Assembly: GCF_918814575.1 (NCBI RefSeq)
Contig: NZ_CAKKNS010000001.1
Span: forward strand, 186,182-210,181
From: Periweissella fabaria
Lineage (GTDB): Bacteria; Bacillota; Bacilli; Lactobacillales; Lactobacillaceae
Length of the DNA stretch: 24,000 bases
Direction of reading: 5' to 3'
The stretch's first letter is position 1, and the number at the start of each line of letters is the position of its first letter. Under the pieces are notes generated by a model, which was not told where the DNA came from, did not search any database, and saw only the letters and a program-made list of their open reading frames with translations. Position numbers and translations under genes: made by a program. Below are positions 1-8,727 of this stretch, piece after piece.

Positions 1-2
1 TT

Positions 3-362
3 AAAGATAACAATACTGAAGAATACGGATTTTATAACGATGAGAATAATTCCTTTCATGTAGCTAATTTATATTTTTCTGAAGGTGAATGGTATTTGTT
101 AGATTTTTCAACAAAATACTTATTCTCTACAAAGTTTTGTAAAATAATTTCCTTAGTTGATACACCTATTAAAATAAACGTACCTGAATTAAAGGATGTT
201 GATTATAGTGAGATAAACAAAATAGAAAAAATTTTGAAATCAATTTCGAAAATATCGATAGAAACAGAAGACTATTGTTATTCGTTTTGTCCACAAACAA
301 TTATGTGTGAATTAAGTTACCAAAATGATATAGAATTAGGATTATTAGAAGAAAAGGTTTAA
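3..362 (+). CDS. hypothetical protein, 5'-truncated by the window edge (C-terminal ~119 aa)
   Basis: Frame 3 is open from nt 3 (KDNNTEEYGFYNDENNSFHVANLYFSEGEWY...) to the TAA at 360-362. The listed 96..362 ORF is only the Met-delimited tail of this frame. GC is very low (~22-27% on hand-counted lines). No family recognised. Confidence 0.45.
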   Translation, partial: KDNNTEEYGFYNDENNSFHVANLYFSEGEWYLLDFSTKYLFSTKFCKIISLVDTPIKINVPELKDVDYSEINKIEKILKSISKISIETEDYCYSFCPQTIMCELSYQNDIELGLLEEKV

Positions 363-387
363 AGTAGCAAACCTTTGAGGCGCACTT

Positions 388-711
388 ATGCAGTGGTTAA
401 TACCATCCAATCCAAAGTTTTATGATAGTTCACGAAAACTCCATGATAATGGCTATATTCAATGGTCATAGAAAATCAATGTTCATGTGGGCGATATTAT
501 TTATATTTACGAGTCTGCAGTTAATAAATTCGTACGCTTTAAATATGTTGTTACACGAGTCGATATTCCGCGTGAACAGGTTGAATTAGATCAGCCAATT
601 ACATTATCGGAATTACAAAAAAGGTGTGTTCAGAGTTCTTGGGGTGACCACAATCATGATAACAAGGAACGGTTCAAGTATTTAGCAGATCGATTTAGTG
701 TATTTCAATAA
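388..711 (+). pseudogene. decayed PUA-like (EVE/ASCH-type) small domain protein, interrupted by an in-frame TAG at 469-471
   Basis: ATG at 388 gives MQWLIPSNPKFYDSSRKLHDNGYIQWS*KINVHVGDIIYIYESAVNKFVRFKYVVTRV... in the same frame as ORF 487..711. The pattern W..S.NPK.YD......G.I.W-stop-.....GD.IYIY matches the N-terminal signature of small PUA-like/EVE-annotated proteins as I remember it. The middle of the domain also looks shortened. Confidence 0.45.
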
Positions 712-822
712 GTTGCATAATTACACTCTCTGAAAAGACAGTCACTACAAGAAAGTGCCTTTTCAACATCCACATCATCGGCAAACACCGTATTTTACCG
801 ATTTATCTCCTAAATAATTACC

Positions 823-857
823 AAAAAAGTAGCGCCCACTCGGGACGCTACTTTTTT
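823..857. terminator. bidirectional rho-independent terminator between convergent genes
   Basis: AAAAAA-GTAGCGCCC-ACTC-GGGACGCTAC-TTTTTT: a GC-rich stem with one bulge, flanked by an A-run and a T-run. It lies directly after the stop of the 863..1087 (-) ORF. Confidence 0.65.
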
Positions 858-862
858 AATAG

Positions 863-1087
863 CTATTTGATTTTGGTTTCTAATAAGATCCCTAGGCCAG
901 CGAGGGTTGCGATTATTAAGCCCACGTAGCGCAAGCTCGATAACGTCAACGATAACCCTAGGAATAGGAGCAATAACTCCAACGTTAGTGATAGATTGGT
1001 ATTGGTGAGCAGCAATCTACTAAACGCAGCGATTGCGCCAATAACAGTCAAAACGGCAAGTACAATTACAAGGACGGTATTAATCAT
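863..1087 (-). CDS. small hydrophobic membrane protein (74 aa, 2-3 predicted TM segments)
   Basis: The ORF is almost entirely Leu/Ile/Val/Ala/Thr. It has a weak SD (GAGAG ~9 nt upstream), a TATAAT box upstream on the minus strand and a terminator immediately after the stop. The opposite strand is full of stops. Confidence 0.5.
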   Translation of the reverse strand: MINTVLVIVLAVLTVIGAIAAFSRLLLTNTNLSLTLELLLLFLGLSLTLSSLRYVGLIIATLAGLGILLETKIK

Positions 1088-1251
1088 AAGCAGATACTCT
1101 CTTTTTGAAGTATTTATTATACTACCGTAAATATTAGCTTAAAAATACTGCGATTACAAAGATTATGACCCACCGATTAACCAGGTTTAAGCGCGTTACT
1201 TAGCTGATGGAATAGGAAGGGCTAAGACTATCGTACAACCATATCTTTTTC

Positions 1252-2265
1252 CTAACGCAACGCACCAAAATAACCTAATGTCCGGACCATCTGGCTGACA
1301 AACGAATTCTCGTTATCATACCAAGCGACAACTTTGACTAAAGTTTGGTTGTTCGGTAAGGTGGTCGTTTTTGTTTGGGTAGCATCAAATAATGAACCAT
1401 ATGTCATACCGATAATATCAGATGATACAATCAAGTCTTCGTTATAACCGAATGCATCAGATTGGGCCGAATGCATGGCGGCGTTGACTTGGTCAGTATC
1501 GACTACGCCATCGACGACTGCGACTAATTCGGCTAAGGAACCTACTGGGACTGGGACTCGTTGTGAGACACCATCAAGTTTACCGGCTAAAGCGGGAACA
1601 ACTAGCCCAACTGCTTTAGCGGCCCCCGAACTTGTTGGGACAATATTTAAGCCAGCTGCCCGAGCCCGCCGTAAATCACCTTTACGATGCGGGGCATCCA
1701 GCGTATTTTGGTCACCAGTATATGCATGAATGGTCGTCATCGAACCTTTGACAATTGGTACAAGGCAATTGAGTGTATTGGCAACCGGGGCTAGACAATT
1801 GGTCGTACACGAAGCTGCTGAGATAATCGTATCGTGCACAGTGAGGGTACTTTCATTGACACCATACACAATTGTAGGTAGATCATTACCAGCTGGGGCT
1901 GAGATAATTACTTTTTTGGCCCCAGCGTTAATGTGTGCTTGAGCTTTGGTGGTTGACGTATAGAATCCCGTGCATTCGAGCACGATATCAACGGCTAACG
2001 CTTGCCATGGTAAGACCGCAGCATCCGTTTCCGCAAAGACAGGAATCCGCACGCCAGCAATTGAGATACTCTCGTCATCTGCGTGTACTTGGTCACTAGC
2101 GCTAAAGCGGCCTTGTGTTGAATCAAATTTCAGTAAGTGTGCCAACATGGTCGGATTAGTTAAGTCATTGATAGCAACAATCTCGAATTCGGGACGTTGG
2201 TATAATTGGCGGAATGCTAAGCGGCCAATACGGCCAAAGCCATTAATTGCAACTTTGATAGTCAT
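1252..2265 (-). CDS. gap: type I glyceraldehyde-3-phosphate dehydrogenase (paralog-like, not in a glycolytic operon)
   Basis: [10 protein letters not shown] Rossmann N-terminus, INDL NAD-specificity Asp, catalytic SCTTNCLAP and WYDNE C-terminal motif. GGAGG SD lies 6-7 nt upstream of the ATG. Confidence 0.95.
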   Translation of the reverse strand: MTIKVAINGFGRIGRLAFRQLYQRPEFEIVAINDLTNPTMLAHLLKFDSTQGRFSASDQVHADDESISIAGVRIPVFAETDAAVLPWQALAVDIVLECTGFYTSTTKAQAHINAGAKKVIISAPAGNDLPTIVYGVNESTLTVHDTIISAASCTTNCLAPVANTLNCLVPIVKGSMTTIHAYTGDQNTLDAPHRKGDLRRARAAGLNIVPTSSGAAKAVGLVVPALAGKLDGVSQRVPVPVGSLAELVAVVDGVVDTDQVNAAMHSAQSDAFGYNEDLIVSSDIIGMTYGSLFDATQTKTTTLPNNQTLVKVVAWYDNENSFVSQMVRTLGYFGALR

Positions 2266-2379
2266 AATAAAACCTCCAAAAGTTAATATAAGTTACGATA
2301 CAATTATATTAATCAAGGGCGTATGATGTAATAAACAGGCGTCATAGCTTAACTATACTATTTGCACAGGAGGGGCAAA

Positions 2380-3234
2380 ATGCCACAAGTTGATCGCTAC
2401 AAACCACGTACCGTTGCAATTGAATTTATGCCATATGAAGATTTCCACGACTTACCGCGTCTAGAGCGTAATGTCATTGTCTTAGTGACAAATGGCCAAA
2501 TCACACTGACGTTAAATGAACAGTTGCTGACGATTGTTGCGCCTGCAATTCTTTGTCTGAATGCGACTGACCGAATTACGGTCCATGACCAGCAAGCATT
2601 GGCAGCCCAAGCATTTGCGTTTCATCCAGATTTCTTAAAAGTTGCACCATTGGTTAGTAGTGGGGCAGACTATGCGTTAACGTTGACGTTGCAAACTGGT
2701 AACCGATTGTGTCAAGCATCAAAGGTCAATGAACGGGTATTTGCATTGACAACGCATAGTTATTATTTGATTTTTAACTGGTTTAGTATTCTGGGGATTG
2801 AGGTTTTAGCGCAAAGTGACAGTTTGTGGGTATGTCGTATTAAGCAACAGTTAATTCAGATTTTTACGATTCTGGAGAATCTGTTTCGTGATAAAAGCAA
2901 TAATCCACTAGATTTGGCCTTGGACTATATCTACTTGCATTACGCTGAACCACTGACGTTAGACCAAATCATCCAAGCAGCCCATGCGAATCGCAACACG
3001 CTCAATGCATTATTTAAGCACAACTATGGTGTGTCAGTGATGGTATTTGTTAGTAATTATCGCATCAAAATCGCCAAAGTGATGTTGGTCCACACGGGGA
3101 TGAGTATCACGGAAATCGCCGCTACTGTTGGGTTTAACTACGATACGTATTTCATGCGGAAGTTCATGCAAGTAGAAGGCCAATCACCGACCGATTACCG
3201 TAAATCAACCCGCATTGTCTCACGTGAGGTGTGA
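2380..3234 (+). CDS. AraC family transcriptional regulator
   Basis: C-terminal double HTH region (LTLDQIIQAAHANRNTLNALFK ... MSITEIAATVGFNYDTYFMRKF) after an N-terminal ligand-binding-type domain. ATG at 2380 is preferred over TTG at 2362 because AGGAGGGG sits 5-6 nt upstream of it. Confidence 0.9.
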   Translation: MPQVDRYKPRTVAIEFMPYEDFHDLPRLERNVIVLVTNGQITLTLNEQLLTIVAPAILCLNATDRITVHDQQALAAQAFAFHPDFLKVAPLVSSGADYALTLTLQTGNRLCQASKVNERVFALTTHSYYLIFNWFSILGIEVLAQSDSLWVCRIKQQLIQIFTILENLFRDKSNNPLDLALDYIYLHYAEPLTLDQIIQAAHANRNTLNALFKHNYGVSVMVFVSNYRIKIAKVMLVHTGMSITEIAATVGFNYDTYFMRKFMQVEGQSPTDYRKSTRIVSREV

Positions 3235-3401
3235 ATTGATAACTGTACATTTTCACGGTAAAAAAGAGATATTAGCTGTTAATAGGTTTTGTAGGTGGTG
3301 TATTATTTAATAGTTTAAATTAATGTCTTATGCGCTAGTGCTTTTATCATAAAATTCAACTGTGATTAGCCACCAACTGTTAGGCATGCTTAATGATAAC
3401 T

Positions 3402-3410
3402 TGTTATAAT
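3402..3410 (+). promoter_or_regulatory. candidate extended -10 promoter element (TGTTATAAT) for the DUF1697 gene
   Basis: Motif match only: TGnTATAAT about 70 nt upstream of the ATG at 3480. It lies inside the discarded N-terminal ORF extension. Confidence 0.35.
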
Positions 3411-3479
3411 AAGGCATCACGCAAGACCAAAAGGTGGCAACACCAGCAAAATAACAGACGAACAAACGGGGGTAGTGGC

Positions 3480-4022
3480 ATGAAGACGTATGTGGTTTTT
3501 TTACGAGGAATTAATGCCGGTGGGCTAAAGATTACGATGGCGGAACTAGTTAAGCAGCTGGCGTGTCCCGAATTTACGGCGATTGAGACAGTCTTGGCAA
3601 CTGGGAATGTCATTATTCAAACCACGTTAAGCGCCCATACGACCCAACAGTATGTGGTTACGCAACTCAGCAATTATTTTGGTCAGCCAATTGCCGCCAC
3701 ACTACGAACGGCTAATGAAATAGCGGTGTTATTAGCGGCCTGTCCACCCGTTCCAGCTGAATATAATGCGATGTTGTTATTAACCGAAGTTAAGCTCTAT
3801 GCCGAATTAGCGCCACTATTTACCAGTTATGATCATACCAGCGAAGAAGTGCTCCGTCCTGCCGGTCCCCATGCCATCTATTGGCTGGTGAAGAAAGGCC
3901 ACACGACACAAGGCTTTGGTGGTAAAGTGCTGGGAAGTGCTAAGTACCGGGGCATTTTAACTTCTCGTAATGTGACCACGATTGCCAAAATCGACCAAAA
4001 AATCCGCACAATGAATAAGTGA
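3480..4022 (+). CDS. DUF1697 domain-containing protein
   Basis: N-terminus MKTYVVFLRGINAGGLKITMAELVKQL...LATGNVIIQ matches the DUF1697 signature (LLRGINVGG..K..MA.L). The upstream 29-aa extension (Arg/Gln/Asn-rich) has no SD. Confidence 0.8.
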   Translation: MKTYVVFLRGINAGGLKITMAELVKQLACPEFTAIETVLATGNVIIQTTLSAHTTQQYVVTQLSNYFGQPIAATLRTANEIAVLLAACPPVPAEYNAMLLLTEVKLYAELAPLFTSYDHTSEEVLRPAGPHAIYWLVKKGHTTQGFGGKVLGSAKYRGILTSRNVTTIAKIDQKIRTMNK

Positions 4023-4069
4023 TATTTATGAGTGCTTTGTTAAAGTTCGTGACCATAATGTGTAGTGGC

Positions 4070-5101
4070 TTATATATCACTGACCACAACCTTACCAATC
4101 ATCTGGTTTGATTCGACTAACTGATGTGCGGTCTTGAGATTAGTCACGTTGATTGGTGACAGCGTTTTGGTTAAGGTGCTTTGCAACGCACCGGTATCCA
4201 ATAAAGATGCAATTGCTTCGAGAATGTGATGTTGGCTAAGCATGTCGGGAGTGTGATAAAAAGATTTGGTATACATCCACTCCCAGGCAAAAGTGGCACT
4301 CTTTTGTTTAAGGGCCGTGAGATTTAGTGGCTTATGATTGCCAGTAATCGAAACAATTTTACCATGCGGTTTAATTAGCTCAACAATTGCGTCCCAGTGA
4401 CGATTTAGATTACTTAATTCTAAAATATAATCGACGGTGGGATAGCCTAGTGCATGAACTTGTGTGACTAAGTTTTGGTGGTGATTAACGGTCATGTCAG
4501 CGCCGTGTGCTTGGACCCAAGTAATTGTTTCTGGCCGTGAAGCACTTGCAATCACGGTTAAACCGGCCAAGTGCGCTAGTTGCGTGGCAATCGAGCCAAC
4601 ACCCCCAGCACCATTAATTATCAGAATGGTATGCGCTTGATTGGTTTGATGGTCATGCAAGTCAATGCCTAATTGTTCAAATAGTGCTTCCCACGCAGTT
4701 ATTGCGGTGAGGGGCATTGCGGCTGCTTGCGGTGCCGTAAGTGTAGTTGGTGCATGAGCGACAATCCGTTCATCGACTAGCTGATATTGGCTGTTACTGC
4801 CAGGACGGTCAAAAGCCCCCGCATAGAAGACGATTTCGCCAGGTTTAAAAAGGGTTACGTGCTCGCCGACAGCCGTGACAGTCCCGACGGCATCCCAACC
4901 AATAATTTTGGGTTGCGTAAGCGACTTAGTGCCATGCCCCCGGACACCAACATCAACAGGATTGACAGAAGTGGCAGTGACATGGACGAGAATATCATGG
5001 CCGGTTGCCGTGGGGATGGGCAGTTCAACAGATATTAAGCTAGCAGGATTAGTGATTGGTAAGTGCTGAGTAAACCCGATTGCGTGCATTGTTTTATTCA
5101 T
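4070..5101 (-). CDS. zinc-binding alcohol dehydrogenase family / quinone oxidoreductase-like MDR protein
   Basis: 343 aa with GroES-like N-terminal domain (HDILVHVTATSVNPVD) and Rossmann motif INGAGGVGSIATQLA. Confidence 0.9.
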   Translation of the reverse strand: MNKTMHAIGFTQHLPITNPASLISVELPIPTATGHDILVHVTATSVNPVDVGVRGHGTKSLTQPKIIGWDAVGTVTAVGEHVTLFKPGEIVFYAGAFDRPGSNSQYQLVDERIVAHAPTTLTAPQAAAMPLTAITAWEALFEQLGIDLHDHQTNQAHTILIINGAGGVGSIATQLAHLAGLTVIASASRPETITWVQAHGADMTVNHHQNLVTQVHALGYPTVDYILELSNLNRHWDAIVELIKPHGKIVSITGNHKPLNLTALKQKSATFAWEWMYTKSFYHTPDMLSQHHILEAIASLLDTGALQSTLTKTLSPINVTNLKTAHQLVESNQMIGKVVVSDI

Positions 5102-5257
5102 AATAAATAAAGCCTCCTTATTTAATAACTATCTTAATAATCTTTGCGGACGTTACAATATTGAAATTTTCGTGACTAGTTACAAATTGTTCACTAGTGC
5201 AAAGTTCAAGAATTGCGGTACCATAAGAGAAAAGTCGATATGCATCGGAGGATTAAG

Positions 5258-5617
5258 ATGAAACGTCAAATATATAATTGTCAGCCCGGTTGTCCGATTG
5301 AAAGCACTTTACAAATTATTTCAGGAAAATGGAAAGCCGTTATTTTGTACCATTTAATCAAAGATAAAGTGGGGTATTTTGGTGAGCTACATCGGCAAAT
5401 TCCGGCCTGTTCACGGCGCATGCTAGCATTACAGCTTAAAGAATTAGAAATTGACGGCATCGTTCAGAAAACAATTTATCCAGTGATGCCACCTAAAACA
5501 GATTATCGTTTAACTGAATTTGGTGAAACTTTAATCCCTGTGATTGGTGCAATGGCAAATTGGGGTGAACATTATAATGCAGTTGCCCAGCAAGAGGTGG
5601 TAAAAGCGGCGCAATGA
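5258..5617 (+). CDS. HxlR family transcriptional regulator
   Basis: CPIESTLQIISGKWKAVILYHL...RRMLALQLKELEIDGIV...YRLTEFG is the canonical HxlR winged-helix pattern. The ATG at 5258 is preceded by GGAGGA. Confidence 0.9.
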   Translation: MKRQIYNCQPGCPIESTLQIISGKWKAVILYHLIKDKVGYFGELHRQIPACSRRMLALQLKELEIDGIVQKTIYPVMPPKTDYRLTEFGETLIPVIGAMANWGEHYNAVAQQEVVKAAQ

Positions 5618-5619
5618 AT

Positions 5620-5667
5620 AAAAATAATCCTCAATGCTAGGATGTTAGCGTTGAGGATTATTTTTTA
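5620..5667. terminator. bidirectional rho-independent terminator (HxlR gene / PRD-regulator gene convergent)
   Basis: Perfect 12-bp stem AATAATCCTCAA / TTGAGGATTATT (5623-5634 and 5651-5662) followed by a T-run and preceded by an A-run. Confidence 0.8.
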
Positions 5668-5682
5668 GGACCTACATAAACT

Positions 5683-7467
5683 TTAAGCATTGATCGTTGT
5701 AGAAGTTGCCACTTGTGTGCTTGATGGATTTGTAGCTGTTAGTAGTTTGATGAGTTTTTGGTAGTCCATGGCGGTATCGATTGTTGGTAATGATACTTGC
5801 TGTAATGTTTGGTATAAATAACTAAATAGATTAGTTTTAGTAGTTTGAGATGAGCCCACTAAGACAGCTAGAATCAGCGTGACGGTCTGATCTGCAAGTT
5901 GGACAGGATGTGTTAATTTAATCCCGAATATTTGATATTCCTGAACATGTTTAGCCATGATATGGGGGATGGCAACGTGTTGAAGCAACAATTGATTACC
6001 AGCAAGTTCACGATTAATTAATTCATGACAATCATAAGGGCTAAGTTGATTAGCCGTAACAAAATGTTCCAATCCGTCAGCTAAGACCATAAAGTAATCA
6101 TCATTGGGGTCATTATCGATAGTTATAAAGTTATCCTGAGGCATGAAGTCAGGGAGATGTTTATAGTAATGCTTGCCACTAATTAGCTTACTGAGCATCT
6201 GTAGGTCATGTTCCGTAATAATTGTTTGAAAGGTATAGTCAAATATGGTGCGCGTTTCAACACTTAATGTTCGTTGAGCATTGAGAACTTTAAGATCAAA
6301 CGTTTCTTTGACTAGTAAATTTTTAAAATCTGCTAGGCTATACGCAATCTTTAACTCTATTTGGGGGAGTTGTTGTTCCAGAATACTCGTGTTAATTCGT
6401 GTTAATGATGGTCGTTGTGATAAGAATAAAATTTTGATTGGCACATTAGCATGCTGAGCAATAGCTTGTACAATGTATAATGCTAAAAACTGGGCATCCC
6501 ACCATTGCATTGGGAATTGAACCATCAAGTCTGCAATTAGGGTATTTGCAAACTCAAAAGCAATCGGATTTTGACCTTTAATTTCCCGAATTTCCAAAGG
6601 ACTTAAAGTAATTGTTGGTCGTGGAAAAGCAACCTCTCGACATAAATGATCAAAAATTGCCTCATAAGTTGTCGAGGGTAAATCAACTAATTGAAACGCT
6701 ACTGCGAGTTGCATTGTACTGTTGATAATATCTGCTTTTGCTTGCAAAATTAATTGTAAATTCGTTATTCGTTGACCAATAAAGTACGCCAATTGTTGAG
6801 CTTGATGACTTGTTAAGGGCAATTCATGGGGCATTGGATAAGTTGGTCCCGTTTGATAAGGCTGTTTTGTAAGTAAAACTGCTAAAAGTTGTTTTTGCCA
6901 TTGCTCAGGGGTAATCCATTTAGTATAGGGATTAATAATGGTAGTTCCTAGAAGTTCAATTTCAGCTTGGGAACTGACGGGCGGTAATTTCGCCAAGAGA
7001 TGTGGGTATTCATAAATGAAATTAGCCACTAAATCAGTTAATGTTAACCGTTGAGGTTGAAGTTCTAGACCAATCCTAGGTTGGGCAGTAATGACAAATA
7101 ATGTTTGATATTCTTGATTAATCTGCTCAACATATTCTAGAACAGTATTACGTGATAAGAACAGCGTATCCATTATTTCGGCAAGTGGTAATGAACCATG
7201 CATGGCTAATAAAAGAATGATTAAGTTTTGTTCATCACGACCTTGCTCTAGGAGGGCCATTAATTGATTATTATCATCAACGACAAGATTATAGTTTGGA
7301 GTAGTTATAATTTTGCCAATTGCTAAGCTAGTTAATTGTTCATTTAAGCGGGCAATTGTTCGAATAATGGTTCGGCGTGATACATTTAATTCTTTGGCAA
7401 GTGATTCACCAGAATAGTCACTATCTCGCAAAAGATTTAGTAACTTTATTTCGCGGACTGCTAACAT
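5683..7467 (-). CDS. PRD/PTS-regulatory-domain transcriptional activator (MtlR/LicR/ManR class)
   Basis: 594 aa. N-terminal wHTH (SGESLAKELNVSRRTIIRTIARLN) and C-terminal EIIA-like module with the phosphorylatable-His context HVAIPHIM. Its start lies 1 nt from the patB-like stop, with GGAGGA inside the upstream gene. Confidence 0.8.
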   Translation of the reverse strand: MLAVREIKLLNLLRDSDYSGESLAKELNVSRRTIIRTIARLNEQLTSLAIGKIITTPNYNLVVDDNNQLMALLEQGRDEQNLIILLLAMHGSLPLAEIMDTLFLSRNTVLEYVEQINQEYQTLFVITAQPRIGLELQPQRLTLTDLVANFIYEYPHLLAKLPPVSSQAEIELLGTTIINPYTKWITPEQWQKQLLAVLLTKQPYQTGPTYPMPHELPLTSHQAQQLAYFIGQRITNLQLILQAKADIINSTMQLAVAFQLVDLPSTTYEAIFDHLCREVAFPRPTITLSPLEIREIKGQNPIAFEFANTLIADLMVQFPMQWWDAQFLALYIVQAIAQHANVPIKILFLSQRPSLTRINTSILEQQLPQIELKIAYSLADFKNLLVKETFDLKVLNAQRTLSVETRTIFDYTFQTIITEHDLQMLSKLISGKHYYKHLPDFMPQDNFITIDNDPNDDYFMVLADGLEHFVTANQLSPYDCHELINRELAGNQLLLQHVAIPHIMAKHVQEYQIFGIKLTHPVQLADQTVTLILAVLVGSSQTTKTNLFSYLYQTLQQVSLPTIDTAMDYQKLIKLLTATNPSSTQVATSTTINA

Positions 7468-7468
7468 A

Positions 7469-8638
7469 CTATGATCCTCCGATAGCTTTTTTTAAACCCT
7501 CAAGTCCCCGCATTAACTTATCGACAGGACATGCGATGTTCATCCGCAGATAGGTACTGTCGCCATATGTTTCACCGGGCATAATACCAATTTTACCAAT
7601 TTCAGTGAGACGTTGCTGTAATTCGGTACTACTAAGATTTAAAGCACTAACATTAAGCCATGCTAGATAGGTTGCTTGTGGCTTGGTAAATTTAATTAAA
7701 GGTAATTCTTTTTTTATAAAATTATCAAGAATACGCATGTTGTTATCTAAGTAGGCAACTAATTGCTCAACATAATCACGACTTTCATTATATGCAGCCA
7801 TTTGTGCCGTCATCCCCATAATACTAACTGATGATAAGGCATTACGTTGTTTTAGTTCAATTAAAAATTCACTTCGGGTTGGTTCATCTGGCAATAATGC
7901 ATATGAACCAATTAATCCAGGTGTATTAAATGTTTTTGAACCAGAACATAGAAGGGCTACGTTTTTAAGGCCAATCATAGTAATAGGGGTGTATTGCATT
8001 CCTGGATAGATGATGTCGCGATGAATATCATCTGAGATGAGATACACATTATGCGCTTGGCAAAGTTCATATAAGCGAGTTAGTTCAGCCGGCGTAAATA
8101 CTTTTCCGGTCGGATTGTGTGGATTAGTTAGGATGAATATTTTTGTTCTTGTTTGTGCTAATATCAGGGCTAAACTATCCCAATCGATGCGATAGTCTTG
8201 GTCAGCAGGACTTAAGCGAATAGGTGCAAGTACGCGATGATTACTTTCAATTGCCCCAAAAAATGCGTCATACATTGGTGTGAAGGTTGCTACTGTATCG
8301 CCAGGTTGAGAATGCATACGGATTAATGTCGCTAACGTATAAATAACACTAGGACTATAAACAATCCAATCAGAATCAATCTTGACACGAGAATCCGCTT
8401 CGAACCACTTAACAATACTATCTTTAAAAGCTGGATGATTCCAACGAGTATATCCATAAATAGGGTGTTGAATTCGTTGTATTAAAGCCGTTTGGACAGC
8501 CTTAGGTACGGCGAAATCAGTATCTGAAATGGAAAAAGGCAAGATATCATCGTGACCGAAGCGATCACTAATGTAATCCCATTGGGTACTGTAAGTGTTG
8601 TGGCGATCAATAAGTTTGTCAAAATCATACTTGGTCAT
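7469..8638 (-). CDS. MalY/PatB family PLP-dependent C-S lyase (cystathionine beta-lyase-type aminotransferase class I/II)
   Basis: MTKYDFDKLIDRHNTYSTQWDY N-terminus, TNPHNPTG, and the SGSKTFN PLP-lysine motif. The start at 8638 has a GGAGGA SD. The 10-aa extension to 8668 overlaps a palindrome and has no SD. Confidence 0.9.
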   Translation of the reverse strand: MTKYDFDKLIDRHNTYSTQWDYISDRFGHDDILPFSISDTDFAVPKAVQTALIQRIQHPIYGYTRWNHPAFKDSIVKWFEADSRVKIDSDWIVYSPSVIYTLATLIRMHSQPGDTVATFTPMYDAFFGAIESNHRVLAPIRLSPADQDYRIDWDSLALILAQTRTKIFILTNPHNPTGKVFTPAELTRLYELCQAHNVYLISDDIHRDIIYPGMQYTPITMIGLKNVALLCSGSKTFNTPGLIGSYALLPDEPTRSEFLIELKQRNALSSVSIMGMTAQMAAYNESRDYVEQLVAYLDNNMRILDNFIKKELPLIKFTKPQATYLAWLNVSALNLSSTELQQRLTEIGKIGIMPGETYGDSTYLRMNIACPVDKLMRGLEGLKKAIGGS

Positions 8639-8686
8639 AGTTATTCCTCCAATTAAATACAGACACATGTGTCCAGGTAATGGCTA

Positions 8687-8727
8687 GAAAGCCGGCTAGG
8701 AAATGGACACTTTCCTAACCGGCTTTC
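8687..8727 (-). promoter_or_regulatory. strong intra-operon RNA stem-loop between the EIIBC and C-S lyase genes
   Basis: 17-bp stem (8687-8703 pairs with 8711-8727) and a 7-nt loop. The single non-Watson-Crick position is C/A on the plus strand but G-U on the minus-strand (sense) transcript. No U-run follows on the sense strand. Confidence 0.5.

Noticed and set aside
1475-2326. Three plus-strand ORFs (84, 70 and 118 aa) across the GAPDH locus
   Set aside because: They lie entirely antisense to a full-length, motif-complete GAPDH gene. Their Ala/Ser/Thr/Pro-rich composition is typical of shadow frames, and they have no SD.
3404-3613. 69-aa minus-strand ORF overlapping the DUF1697 start
   Set aside because: It is antisense to a well-supported CDS and its leader, and has no SD or family resemblance.
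4787-5069. Two plus-strand ORFs (83 and 64 aa) inside the MDR oxidoreductase gene
   Set aside because: They are antisense shadow ORFs within a conserved-domain CDS.
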